The position numbers were made by a program, and so were the translations under genes. A stretch of 64,000 nt of DNA from Octopus sinensis (lineage: Eukaryota): contig NC_042997.1 of NCBI RefSeq assembly GCF_006345805.1, positions 146,878,001-146,942,000 on the forward strand, given 5' to 3'. The notes beneath the pieces are model-generated. The model did no database searches. It saw only the letters and a list, made by a program, of their open reading frames with translations, and was not told the DNA's origin. Within the stretch, counting starts at the first letter, position 1. The number at the start of each line of letters is the position of its first letter. Positions 1-11,845 of the stretch are shown here, piece after piece.

Positions 1-8
1 GAGGCTGC

Positions 9-765
9 ACCACAAATTCGTGGAGGACTGCTACAATACAAAGCCATGCAGAACGGCTACAAATACAGATCCATGGAGAGATGCTACCACTACAGACCCA
101 TGGAGAGCTGCTGCCACTACAGATCCATGGAGAGCTGCCACCACTACAGATTCATGGAGAGATGCTACCATTACAGATGCATGGAGAGCTGCCACCACTA
201 CAAATTCATGGAGAGATGCTACAACTACAGATCCATGGAGAGCTGCTACCACTACAGATCCATGGAGAGCTGCTACCACTACAGATCCATGGAGAGATGC
301 TACAACTACAGATCCGTAGAGAGCTGTTACCACAATAGATCCATGGAGAGCTGCTACACTACAGATCCATGGAGAGCTGCTACCACTACAGATCCACGGA
401 GAGATGCTACCACTACAGATCCATGGAGAGATGCTACAGCTACAGATCCACGGAGGGATGCTACCACTACAGATCCATGGAGAGATGCTACCACAACAGA
501 TCCATAGAGAGCTGTTACCACAATAGATCCATGGAGAGCTGCTACACTACAGATCCATGGAGAGCTGCTACCACTACAGATCCATGGAGAGCTGCTATCA
601 CTACAGATCCATGGAGAGCTGCTATCACTACAGATCCATGGAGAGCTGCTATCACTACAGATCCATGGAGAGATGCTACCACTACAGATCCATGGAGAGA
701 TGCTACCACTACAGATTCATGGAGAACTGCTATCACTGCAGATCCATGGAGAGATGCTACTGATA
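9..765. repeat. 27-bp minisatellite (consensus ACTACAGATCCATGGAGAGCTGCTACC), about 28 copies, in a CYP20 intron
   Basis: Direct reading; gives the TTDPWRAAT / MESCYHYRS / LPLQIHGEL repeat ORFs; no spacers. Confidence 0.97.
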
Positions 766-946
766 GAAATCTATGGTCGGATGCTATATAGAGACTAAAG
801 CAGATCTCTCAACCCCATTGTAAGAGTACACTACAAATCACAACAAGCAATGCCAGTATTAATATAGTGGTAGGGTGTAGCACAAGGAGAGCAATAAAAT
901 TTTGAGAACAGAAATAAAAACAGCGAATTGTTAAATGAGACATTAC

Positions 947-1126
947 AGCAGCCAAGAGTATGAAAATCAAACATCATTGTCATGAAGAGGTCCATAACTA
1001 TTTCACTATCAGCTGCATCAGTCTTCAACAAGAAATCAATTAGCAAGGAATTCTCTGGAGAAACGGTTGGCTGGTCACGGCGCTTTGTAACAGCATCTTG
1101 CAGATATTTCTCAAGAAAATTCTGAG
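947..1126 (-). CDS. CYP20A1: CYP20A1-like exon 7 (helices G-I) AQNFLEKYLQDAVTKRRDQ...LIDFLL...MTMMFDFHTLGC; gene continues left of the window
   Basis: CAG acceptor, GTAATG donor, 180 nt (phase 1 to 1). K-helix and heme-binding exons are not in the window. Confidence 0.88.
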
Positions 1127-1266
1127 CTGCAAACAAAAGGAAAAGTAAAAAATATATAAGTAAATAAATATATAAAACTGGTTAAAATGAAAAATCAGAT
1201 TTTAAACAAAATCTTTCTCGTGATAAGCTTTTTCTTAGAAAGAAGACAAAATGTTCAGAGGCAAAG

Positions 1267-1465
1267 TGGCTGAGTTCCTTTTGAGTGGGCCTCACAGAGG
1301 TGAGGTGGTTGAGATCCTTTTGAGTGTTGGGCCTCACAGAGGTGAGGTAGCTGAGATTCTTTTGAGTAGGCCTCACAGAGGTGAGGTGGCTGAGTTCCTT
1401 TTGAGTGTTGGGCCTCATGGAGGAAAAGTGGCTGAGCTCCTTTCGAGTGTTGGGCCTCACAGAAG
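1267..1465 (+). repeat. 39/42-bp minisatellite (about 5 units) derived from the RTE ORF2 C-terminal codons
   Basis: Units TGGCTGAGTTCCTTTTGAGT(GTT)GGGCCTCACAGAGGTGAGG run directly into an RTE 3' end (GGCCTCACAGAAGCAATGACC...). Confidence 0.85.
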
Positions 1466-1760
1466 CAATGACCAAGACCTTTGGCATTATGTCGTGCTTG
1501 CAAAGAAGACTGATCAAGCCGTGCAAAGTCGCAGTTGTGGCAGATACTAATGTTGAGCAAATGGCACCCAATCTGGTGGCACACAAAAGCACCCATGACA
1601 CTCAGAGTGGTTGGCATTAGGAAAGGCATCCAGTTGTAGAAAGCCATGCCAAATCAGACTGGAGCCTGGCACAGCCTTCCCGTGTGCCAGCCCAGTCAAA
1701 CCGTCCAACCCATGCCAGCATGGACAACAGATGTTAAATGATGAGGATGATCATGATCAA
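1440..1760 (+). mobile_element. 5'-truncated RTE 3' end / RTE-tail element with (GAT)n tail
   Basis: Matches the 3' end of the RTE at 35500-35960; ends CCATGCCAGCATGG...GTTAAATGATGAGGATGAT. Confidence 0.8.
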
Positions 1761-2319
1761 CATCCCTAAATATAACAATAACAGAATAAAATGGATATTA
1801 TCTATTAACATTCACAATTCAGGGGGAAAAGGCAGACAGCCAGCCCATTACACTAAAAGTACTAAAGAAAAGGAAAGCAGCCATGACTAATGGGTCACTG
1901 CAAGCAGAGGCGTATTTATCATAGCCAGATGTGTTTTTCACAGGTGTCTGTAAAAAAACAGCATCACTTGTATGATGGTGATGCTCATTTGCAACCGTTA
2001 TGTGATGTCAAGGCAAGAGTACACGCATATATAAACACACACACATTTTAACATATGTGAACATATACAATGGGCTTCTCTCAGTCTCCATCTACCAAAT
2101 CCTTTCACAAGGCTTTGGCTGATCTAAGGCTATAAATAAAAGACACTTGTCTAAGGTGTCATGCAATGGGACTGAACCCAAAACCATATGGTTAGGAAAC
2201 AAACCTCTTACCAATACAACCACATGATTCTGAATCGAATTTCTTCACTAGACAGCCACACCCATATTCAAACAAAAACAAAGCAAAAAACATGGTAAAT
2301 GTGGAAAATATTTTCATAC

Positions 2320-2395
2320 CTTCTTTAAAAGCTTGTATCCGATGAGACTCTGGTTCAGCCAGATCCTGCAGGCATCTCTGAATTTCATACCAACA
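2320..2395 (-). CDS. CYP20A1: CYP20A1-like exon 6 CWYEIQRCLQDLAEPESHRIQAFKE
   Basis: CAG acceptor, GTATGA donor, 76 nt (phase 0 to 1). W.EI motif as in VWSEI. Confidence 0.88.
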
Positions 2396-2727
2396 CTGGA
2401 CAAATGGAAAGAAATATAAAACAAATTAAACACAAGTGTCTGCTATATACACAGTTCAAGATATTGGATGTCTGTGAACAAAGGATTCATAAAATAAGTT
2501 AAGTACCTGCAACTGATTTACCACCCCACTCAAATTGCTGGCCTTGTGATAAAATTTGAAACCAATATATAGACAACAAATACAATACTGATACAGGGCA
2601 GGTAAGATGCACTAAGCACCAGGCAGGTAAGGACATACAAACATAAATGGCAGGTAAGCATTCTTGAATGCACAGAGCAGATATGTGCATGCACCGTACA
2701 GCTAGATTATGAGGCATTATCACTTAC

Positions 2728-2892
2728 CGTATCAAAATTCCTCCGCAATGTGAAAATCCCCATGTTGTCTTTGAAGGTGTCACCAATTGTGCTAAGGACT
2801 TGATATTTAATTGCTAAAGCCATCATGTGCTCCTCTACAGGAATATGTTGATCGCTCATCACTGACCATTTTGTCAGTAATTCATCAGTAAT
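2728..2892 (-). CDS. CYP20A1: CYP20A1-like exon 5 ITDELLTKWSVMSDQHIPVEEHMMALAIKYQVLSTIGDTFKDNMGIFTLRRNFDT
   Basis: TAG acceptor, GTAAGT donor, 165 nt. Similar to CYP20A1 EELLDKW...QHVPL..HM...A.K. Confidence 0.93.
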
Positions 2893-4244
2893 CTAAGAAA
2901 AGAAAAAAGAAACAGTTTGGATTGGATAATTCAACATTCATTTGCTTTCATCAAGAAAGATTGTACAACTCAGGGAGAAATGTCAAGAAAAGGAAATAAA
3001 AGTTCACTGATGAATAAGATAACTACTTGAAAAATAAGATAATGGGCTTTATTTTACATGTGAAGAAGACCAATTTTTATAAGTTTTCTCTAGCACCACA
3101 ACACTACAATCTTTATCTTCTTCCTAGCTTTTCCTACCCACTCTTATATAATGCAGGGTAGCCATGTATCTCTTCTATAGCAAGACACCTGTGCTTGTTC
3201 CTCTACCATACTTAAACTTCTCAATGCTTGGCAAAAAGCCACTTCCCACTCTCAAATACTACCCTCCGCTAGCCGAAGGGGCTTTTTCCAGATCTTTTCC
3301 ATCTTGCAAGTTACTTAGCAACCATGTTGGTGCCAGTGGCATGAAAAAAAGCACCCAGCAAACACTATAAAGTTGTTGGTAGTAGGAAGAGCACCAGCCA
3401 TAGAAACCATGGCAAATCTAACATTAGAACTTAACAAATTCTGTCAAACCATCCAACCCATGACAACACAGAAAACAGATGTTAAACAATGATAGTGGTG
3501 GTGATGAGAAGAACAGTTAAGTGAACTTTTAATTCTAGTATCAAAATGTAATTTACTTCTTGGACTCAAGAAAAATAAATGGTAAAGTTAGCTCTAGTAA
3601 GATTTGAAACTGTAATAGAAAAGGATCTAACTAAATGCATTTCGTCAAACACTCCATGTTAGCCATCCTGGTTATTTTGTATTGTAAATGGTGAAGTCGA
3701 CAACAGAAATTACAGGTTTCCAATGAGTTAATTACTGGTTCATTGCATTTCTGACAAGAGCAACAAGGGAGTGCCTGTATCTTGGTGTAGAACACACATC
3801 ACAAGAACTTCATTCAAAAAGTACTGGTTGACCAGTTTTCTCGAAGTTTATGCTCTTTGTTAATAGAGGTACATTATGTCCCTCAGTAATAACAGTCCTA
3901 GAAGGGCCAGTGTCTGGAAGGGCATCCAGCTATAAAACACAACCACAATGTTTCTTCCAACCCATGCCAGCATGGAAAAACAAATATGGAAACAATGGTT
4001 ATACAACGTATTCATACACGTGCACACAATAGCCTTCCAGTTTTTCACTACCAAATTCCATTTACAAGAAAAGCGGCGAATGTTTCAAGGGAGATAACTC
4101 ACATCAAACTTAGAGCAAGGCCATTAAAAATGAAACGGAAATGGGTTTTATAATTACTAGTTACTTCAGAGAGGATTGGGTTTCAGAGTGAACTTACGCC
4201 ACATCTTTAGAAATAATTCTTCTGAATTCTTTCGCACACTGTCC

Positions 4245-4720
4245 TTGAAGTGGCTGTGTGGTAAGAAGCTTGCTACCCAGCCACATCATTCCAGGTTCAT
4301 CAAAATATTGAAGTTACGTGAAAATTAGATGCAGCAGTGGCTGTGTGGTACATAGCCAGGTGCAGGAGTGGCTGTGTGTTAGGTAGCTTGCTTACCAACC
4401 ACATGGTTCCGGGTTCAGTCCCACTGCATGGCACCTTGGACAAATGTCTTATACTATAGCCTCAGGCTGACCAAAGTCTTGTGAGTGAATTTGGTAGATG
4501 GAAACTGAAAGAAGCCCGTCATGTGTGTGCGTGCATCTTTGTGTCTGTACTCCCACCACCACTTGACAACTGGTGATGGTGTGTTTGCATCACCGTGATT
4601 TAGCAGTTTGGCTTTTAAAAAAAAACGAATAAGTACTGGGGTTGATTCAATTAACTAAAAATTCAAGGCGGTGTCCCAGCATGGCCGTAGTCTAATGACT
4701 GAAACAAGTAAGGGATAAAA
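4245..4720 (+). mobile_element. tRNA-derived SINE family A (head GGAGTGGCTGTGTGG; B box GGTTCAGTCCC), preceded by two extra partial heads
   Basis: Similar copies at 9041-9440 (+) and about 2060-2225, 5330-5540, 12180-12450, 23401-23785, 45880-46200, 51810-52180, 55230-55630 (-). Confidence 0.85.
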
Positions 4721-4809
4721 AAAATAATGATATTTTATCTATTTGTACTTTTCTATACCTACAAGTAATCAGAATTGTACATTTACTTAGTGATGGACAT
4801 AGTGATGGA

Positions 4810-5100
4810 CTACACTCATGGAGTGGTTGGTGTTAGGAAGGGCATCCAGCTGTAGAAACACTGCCAGATCAGACTGGAGCCTGGTGCAGCCTCCTGGCTA
4901 TCCAGACCCCAGCTGAACCGTCCAACCCGTGTTAGCATGGAAAACAGACGTTAAACGATGATGATGATGATGCTCTCCTAGCTCATCATCATCATCATCA
5001 TTTTAACATCCATTCTCTCATGCTTGCATGGGTCAAATGGAAGTTATTGAAGCAAATTTTCTACAGCTGGATACCCTTCTTGTTGCCAGCTCTAATCCGT
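4810..5100. mobile_element. Two RTE-tail elements arranged tail-to-tail (+ then -)
   Basis: (GAT)n tail at about 4957-4972 faces (CAT)n at about 4983-5000 across about 11 nt. Confidence 0.8.
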
Positions 5101-6398
5101 TTCCAATATTTTTATTTAGTCAAAGACAGCAAGCTGGCAAAACCATTACCGTACTGGAAAAAACACTTAGCAGCATTGCTTCCGACTTTACATTCCAAGT
5201 TCAAATGTCACCGAGGTCGATAAAATAAGTAATCTGTTGAGCATTGGGTAATCAACTTGCACCCTGCCCCACAATTGCTGGCCTTGTACCAAAGTTTAAA
5301 ACCAATACTTTCTTTTAGTTGGACATGTTTTCATAGAAGATTGGAAACAACTGATACCAGCCTTATGAGGTCAGGCTTGCTTACAACTATCCCACAATAT
5401 CAAGCTTCTTTCAGTTTACATCAAGGCTTTGAGCAGCCTAGGGCTATAGTAGAAGCCACTTGGCCAAGGTACCATGCAGTGGCATTGAATCTGAAACCAT
5501 GTGGTAGGGAAAAGAGCTTAATCACAGCCACGCTTGTGCCTTACACTACTTCAGAAAGTACAGGGAAGTATATATGCTTAGCTGAAGAGGTCAAAAACAG
5601 AAACATGCCCAGAGTTGTCCCCTGTATTTGTTAAAAGATTCCAAATAATGATTACCTTACCAGAATTAATCTTTTGATGTACGTTGCATTAAATATTTTA
5701 ATGTTATTAACACTAACTATTACTTTACTCTGGCATTGTTTGAGAAAGATAAAAATAAAAGAATCCCATCCCTAAAATTCCAGCAAGCCAAGTCCATGAA
5801 CCCGTTTTGATTCCAAGCTGAAATATGTTTTGAAGCTGTTATAAGCCATCCAAATATCACATTTCCTATCCCCATATAAATAGGCAACCTTATCGTCTAA
5901 GGGAGAAGTATCTATTCATATAATCAGAAAACAAGCACTGTAGATGTAAATTTAATTTCTAGTCAGTGAGTTGGCAGAATCATCAGGGCAACAGATGAAA
6001 TGCCTTATAGAATTTTTTCCAGCTTCTTGCTTTCTGAGTCCAAACCCTGCTAAGTTCAACTTTACTTTTTATTCTTCTATGGTCAATATATAAAGTGCTG
6101 GTCTAAGGCAGTGCACTGGCAGAAATGTTAGAACAATAGACAAGATGCTAAGCTATGGGGACATAAACACACCAGCATCAGTTGTCAAGTGATAATGAAC
6201 AAATTTATTAGAGAAAAGGTTATAGAAAGTTTTCTGATAAATGGAGATAAACAGGAGCAAAATTGTGATCTATTGTATAATGAAAGTAATTCAAGTAAGA
6301 ATTGGTTGACTCAGTATGAAGTGGGTATAAAAATGCATGACTGAGAGATTCAGGTGATGAAAATTCATTTCAAATGACTTATTAAGAACATGAAATAC

Positions 6399-6541
6399 CT
6401 TTGCTATAATGGTGGAATGTGTTTTGATGGAATTTTCATTCAAAGACTTTGTAAATTTAATTCTCCGTTGCTTTCCTGATTCATCACCATTAAAAAGGCT
6501 TTCCGATCCCAAAAGTGGTTCAAACAGCAAGTAGACTTCAC
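6399..6541 (-). CDS. CYP20A1: CYP20A1-like exon 4 (S)EVYLLFEPLLGSESLFNGDESGKQRRIKFTKSLNENSIKTHSTIIAK
   Basis: TAG acceptor, GTATTT donor, 143 nt, phase-consistent (1 to 0). Confidence 0.88.
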
Positions 6542-6856
6542 CTAAAATGTTTGAAAAAGTTATAATATAAATTATAATTATATAAACAAACAACAATAAC
6601 ACAAACTACCAAAAGCAGAAATAGAAAATAAGTGAAATTTTTTTTAAATCGTTGGTAAAAATTTAATAATGAATACTTCAGAATTTTAAATTCAAACAGA
6701 TATGTGTGGATTATTTAACTATAACGTTAAAATTCCAAGTTCAAAGTCTACTGTGAACAGGTATCATGGGACCCTGTGGTTTAGAAAAGGACTGTTTTCT
6801 TCTTTTTATATGATATTTAGAATTTTCCTCATCAATAAGGGTTAAACAATTCTTAC

Positions 6857-7026
6857 TTGATCGGTCAACAATTTTCTTTTGGTTCTTGAAAAGTTCTGGA
6901 GATGCCAGACTGATAATTTGGTAATTTGACATCCAAAAAGAAGTGATGGAACCATACTGCTTATGTATATTGATTAGAAATTCATGAAGACTTCCAGAGC
7001 GAATAATGTCAGCCAAATTTCCATCT
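6857..7026 (-). CDS. CYP20A1: CYP20A1-like exon 3 DGNLADIIRSGSLHEFLINIHKQYGSITSFWMSNYQIISLASPELFKNQKKIVDRS
   Basis: CAG acceptor, GTAAG donor, 170 nt. DGNL.DI..SGSLHEFL..H..YG is diagnostic of CYP20. Confidence 0.95.
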
Positions 7027-7791
7027 CTGTAAAATAAGAGGGTTTAGTCATTTACATTGTTAAAACATCATTAATTTTTTTAAAATTCAAATCAGAAGAG
7101 AAAAATAGAAAAGACATGACATATTATGGATATAATGTCAGGAAATAGGAGATGACTACATCATTTTCCTTCACATCAATAAAACCTAAAAACTAAATTC
7201 TGTATGAATTAAAATCTGGCATACTAGATTTTTATTCAGCCAGGTGGCTATTCACAATATTAGCATTTTATTCATCTTTCTCTATATCAAAGACAAAGAG
7301 TTCTCATTCAAGCATGTTAGGGAATAGAAATATAAAGTTGTTGAATTATGATCTTCAAAAGAAAAAATGTCTACTATCATTTTATCAATTATATTTTGTT
7401 CTTTTAGTAGTTACAGTTTCTGTTTATTAAAAGATATGTCCATAAGAGATGTTACTGCAATAACTGACCTCTCAACAGTGTATATACCTTAGGTAAGATA
7501 CACAGATAGCTATTTTACATTCTGTATATCACTTCTTTCACATGCCTCATATAAATTTCATTTGGAAAGACAATCCCTTTTCTACTCAATGCAAGTGCCA
7601 CCTCTTCAAGTGGTTTAACTAACAGAATCAAGCCACTGAAATAGCATCTCTATAAACAATGAAACAACTTACAAATAAGTAGCAGAATTCCACACAAATC
7701 TCTACCATATTTCTTTTCAAGGTCATATTCCAATTTAGATACACCATGTTACAAATCATTTCATAAATAAACATGTATTTGGTAAAATATC

Positions 7792-8165
7792 TTTTTTACC
7801 TCTGCCTCAGTGAAGGAACAGATGTTTGTTTTCAGTCATTGTTTGTTTGTTTGTCTGTCTGTGGACAAGATATCCCAAGAACCGCTGGATGGATTCAGAT
7901 GAAACTTTCAGGGATGTTTGGCCTCGTGACCGGCACAAACTGATTAGATTTTGGGATTGATCTGGTACCGGACAAGGATTCTGGATTATTTTGCCTTTTT
8001 TACTTAATTTTTGAGAGCAGTCAGGTTCATTTTTAGTATTCTCATTTGTGAGAGCAGTCGAGTTTATTTCAGATATTCTCATTTTAAAAATCATCTCTGG
8101 CTAATCATTGAGAGGACATTAGTGTTGCCTTGGCAGAGGTTTGTGCTTTCTGAGTGCTCTTGTTA
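7792..8165 (+). mobile_element. Non-autonomous Helentron-type element (HINE/DINE-1-like)
   Basis: T-rich start, subterminal IR CCTCTGCC (7799) / CCTTGGCAGAGG (8128), (TTTG)n(TCTG)n microsatellite near the 5' end, 3' hairpin GTGCTTTCTGAGTGC. Confidence 0.6.
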
Positions 8166-8314
8166 CAATTAAACCAGTGTTTGGAACATGAAGTAAGAGT
8201 GAACTGCTTAAGCAAGATACTTACAAAAGAGCTAACACAAAGAATGTTATAATTCTGAGCTTTATGATACTATTTGTTCTTTTATGTGTTTTTCCATATT
8301 TCCATGGATTAGAC

Positions 8315-8655
8315 AAGAGGTTCTCAACCATTTTTTAAATATAGACTCTTTTGATTACTAGTTTATTCAGGTGGACCCCCACAGCCATTCTATATTAAAA
8401 AAGACTAGTTTTATAGAAACTTCTTTCAAAATTCCTATTTTGTTTTTCACACATTAACTTATCTAAGTCGAACTATGTAAAATGTTAGAGAAAAAAACCT
8501 TGCAAATCATACCAATATATGCATCTAAAACAACATCTTTTCAGAGGCCCTTAAAATTCTATTGTGGATTCTCAATTTACTATTTTGTTGTGTGGACACC
8601 CAAAAATCTTACATGGACCTTCATGGGCCATGTGGACCCCAGTTGAGAACCAGTG
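8315..8655 (+). mobile_element. hAT (Charlie-like) MITE
   Basis: TIRs GGTTCTCAAC / GTTGAGAACCAGTG; 8-bp TSD GATTAGAC/GGTTAGAC (1 mismatch). Same family as 49455-49786. Confidence 0.75.
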
Positions 8656-8805
8656 GGTTAGACAGATACTTATTGAAGTATCTTATTTTTGCCTTCAGAT
8701 ACAGGTCTAAAGTAAATTCTCACAGTACAGTAATTCCCCATTCCCACTGAACAGACAGGAATATTCTTGTATATTTTTTTCATAAAACAACAAAAATGAA
8801 CATAC

Positions 8806-8855
8806 TGTTTGGAAGATGGTTCAAGTCCCAGGATTGTAGTTGGTCGTCTTGAACC
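8806..8855 (-). CDS. CYP20A1: CYP20A1-like exon 2 GSRRPTTILGLEPSSK(Q)
   Basis: Polypyrimidine-TAG acceptor, GTATGT donor, 50 nt (phase 0 to 2). Matches the Pro-rich hinge after the anchor. Confidence 0.88.
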
Positions 8856-9040
8856 CTAAAAAGAGAATTTTAAAAAATATTTCAATATAAAGATATAAAA
8901 CAAAAGAAAAAAACATTTCCTTACTGATGCCAGATGTGCATCACAACTTTCCATCCTTGATGTTCAACCCCAGATCAGCACTGACCGAACAAGCCTATGA
9001 ACAAAGACATTGCAGCTGAGAAGGCACTGGTTATATTTTA

Positions 9041-9440
9041 GGAGCAGTCATGGCTGTGTGGTTAAGAAGTTTGCTTGCAACCATGTGGTTTCGGGTTCAG
9101 TCCCACTGAGTGGAATCTTGGACAAGTGTCTTCTACTATAATCATGGGTCAACCAAAGCCTTGTGAGTGGATATGGCAGACGGAAACTGAAAGAAGCCCA
9201 TTCTGTAAATGTGTGTGTGTGTATGTGTGTATGTTTCTGTGTTTGTTCCCCCACCACCACCACTTGACAAACTGGTGTTAGTATGTTTACATTCCCATAA
9301 CTTAGCAGTTCAGCAAAAGGGAATGGTAGAATAAGTACCAGGTTTTAAAAAATTAAGTACTGGGGTCAATTCATTCGATTAAAATTCTTCAAAGCAGTGC
9401 CCCAGCATGACCACAGTCTAATGACTGGAACAAAAGATAA
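9041..9440 (+). mobile_element. SINE family A, full length
   Basis: tRNA-like head, central (TG)n, 3' end GACTGGAACAAAAGA. Confidence 0.85.
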
Positions 9441-11279
9441 TGTAAGAGAGATATAGTTGTCTTTTTTTTTTAAAGAGTGATAGAGAATGATTTGAGAGAA
9501 ATTTGGCTTCTATTTCTAGCAGATTAAGCAACCACCTAAAATTTTTCTTTGGCTCATCTCACCTTATCATCCTCATCATTATCACCATTTAAAGTCCACT
9601 TTCCATGCTGGCATGGGTTGGACGGTTTGATTGAGGGCTGGCAAACCAGAAGGCTGTACCAGACTCCAATCCAATCTGGCAAAGTTTCAACAACTGGATG
9701 CCCTTCCTAATGCCAACCATTCTGAGAGCAACTGCTGCACCTAATTATCACGTAAGTTCAATATTTTGATGATACAATTGTTTATTTTTAAAATGACATT
9801 CTACAATAGGTGTGGGAAGCTGGATCTGGCTTGTTTGAACATAAAACAGGTAGAATCTTTGGGCCAGATATGGCCAATTTAAATGCAAAAGGATTAAACA
9901 AAGACAAGATGATCCCAGCTTGGACAGCTTACAGATCTGCTAAATGGAGACTGAAACGGGACTAAATAAGCAGTAACAAAACCAATGTGAATTAGATGAA
10001 ACTGGTTCGTGAGTAGTTGTCATCCTTCACTTGTATACTGCAAAATCTTGGTCACTTCCTTATTCAAACTGGACTAATATGCTGCCAACAAAAAGTAGTG
10101 AGTGGCATGGCAGACTTAGTAGAATGGTCGTCAAAATGCTTTGTCGTATTCAGTGATACCCCATTGAATTTATTTCAGTTGAAATTCTTGCCATACAACA
10201 ATTGAAGTGTTGATAAAATTGTACCAGGCAAATACTATAGTGCCTTTGTTGGCCATAGTTGACTTTGAATCTGGACCTGCACCAAGGTGCAGGATAAGGA
10301 TTTTGAAGATTAGCAGTTGCCCAAACATGTAAGACTCTCCTCTTGATAGCATTTTTCAAGAGAAATCCACATCTCTACAGTCCGAAATCAGTGTTGTCAT
10401 AAGCATTTCCATTAAAACACAGAGAGTAAGAATAAATACTTCATCTTCTTCAACACTAATAATTCAGGCAATCTACTACTTTGGAATTTTTTTTTCTTTT
10501 CTAATCAAGCCTGAAAGGACAAAATTGGAGGATAGTAGGACAGGGCAACACCAAATTCTGCAAGCAATTCCATATGACTCATTATATACCTCTGCCCCAC
10601 AAAATGTGGCCCTGTGCCCTTGTCAGAAATCACAATCTCAAAAAAAACAACTTAATGCATATTTCCAGCAGGCACTAAAAACATCTAAAGAAAATACTGC
10701 AAGATAAAACGGCTGGTTTTTCCATACATTTGTGGGTCTGAGAAGTAACTATTTCCAATACATATACTGTTAGCAACACTGCAGAGGTTGTAATTCACCC
10801 AAAAAGTGCTGCAATGAAAGCTGAAGGAAACAAGCAGCACATGTAAGCACCACTGCTTGATACACAGTTTTAAACCAATGATGATGAAAACACATAGGTG
10901 CCAGGTAAGTCAATGCAGGTTTTTATCAATGCCATCGAGGTGAAAGATAGGTGAAGTAGCTTCTGCCATATGGCTGCTGCAGCAGCATATCGGTTTGGCA
11001 ATTGTCCATCATAATGCTGTGTTTTAGTCTGTTGTTGGATAGGGATAAAGAATGAAAACAAATTTCCTAGTTTGGCATTCATACAACTAAATGAAGTGTT
11101 TCGGTATCAACAGGCTGAAAAACAAGAGGGGCCAATAATGTGGGTAATATAGAGAGAAAAAAATATTCTGACATTAGCTGCACTTAAAGAGTGATCAGAG
11201 AAATACAGGCAGTGCTGATTCAACAAAATGTTAAGACCTTATCTTTGGTACTGTAATAATGCTAACATTGCTGACCCAT

Positions 11280-11725
11280 GGCCTCTACCTGGGATGTAGC
11301 CAGCCCACTAATGCATACCTTTCCTTCTTGGGACACAAAAGCTCTGCTTGTGAAGACCTGTTGAGGCAAGTGAAATCGCTCAAGAATCAATGGAAATTGT
11401 AGTTGTGATACCAGTGCCAGTGGCACGGAAAAGAACCATCCGAATGTGGCCATTGCCAGCGCGGCCCCGACTGGCCTCCATGCTGGTGGCACGTAAAAAG
11501 CACCAACTGATCGTGGCCGTTGCCAGCCTCGCCTTGCACCTGTGCCGGTAGCACGTAAAAAGCACCCACTACACTCACAGAGTGTTGGCGTTAGGAAGGG
11601 CATCCAGCTGTAGAAACACTGCCAGATCAGATTGGGCCTGGTGCAGCCTCCTGGCTTCCCAGAACCCAGTCGAACCATTCAACCCATGCTAGCATGGAAA
11701 GTGGACGTTAAACGATAATGATGAT
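11280..11725 (+). mobile_element. 5'-truncated RTE (3' UTR only) with (GAT)n tail
   Basis: Colinear with the reverse complement of 35500-35855. Further copies at about 9580-9725, 13320-13670, 15365-15640, 48540-49030, 50140-50310, 52660-52840, 59040-59260, 60380-60625, 63260-63570. Confidence 0.88.
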
Positions 11726-11845
11726 TGCTAATGTCTGTCTTTTACTCATTTCAGACATTGGATGCAGCTACGCTGGGACACTGCCTTGAAGGATTTTGTC
11801 AAACAAATTGACCCCAGTACTTTTTTTGTTTTAAGCTTAGTATTT

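Noticed and set aside
9-765. CRISPR array or repeat-protein gene
   Set aside because: Units are contiguous with no unique spacers, the context is a eukaryotic intron, and the ORFs in several frames are a by-product of the 27-bp unit.
3007-3040. Hammerhead core CTGATGA...GAAA
   Set aside because: No G-C closing pair for stem II, no stem III/NUH and no stem I.
10190-10430. Decayed hAT-like transposase C-terminus on the minus strand
   Set aside because: Only a faint resemblance (FKILILHLG); too weak without an HMM search.
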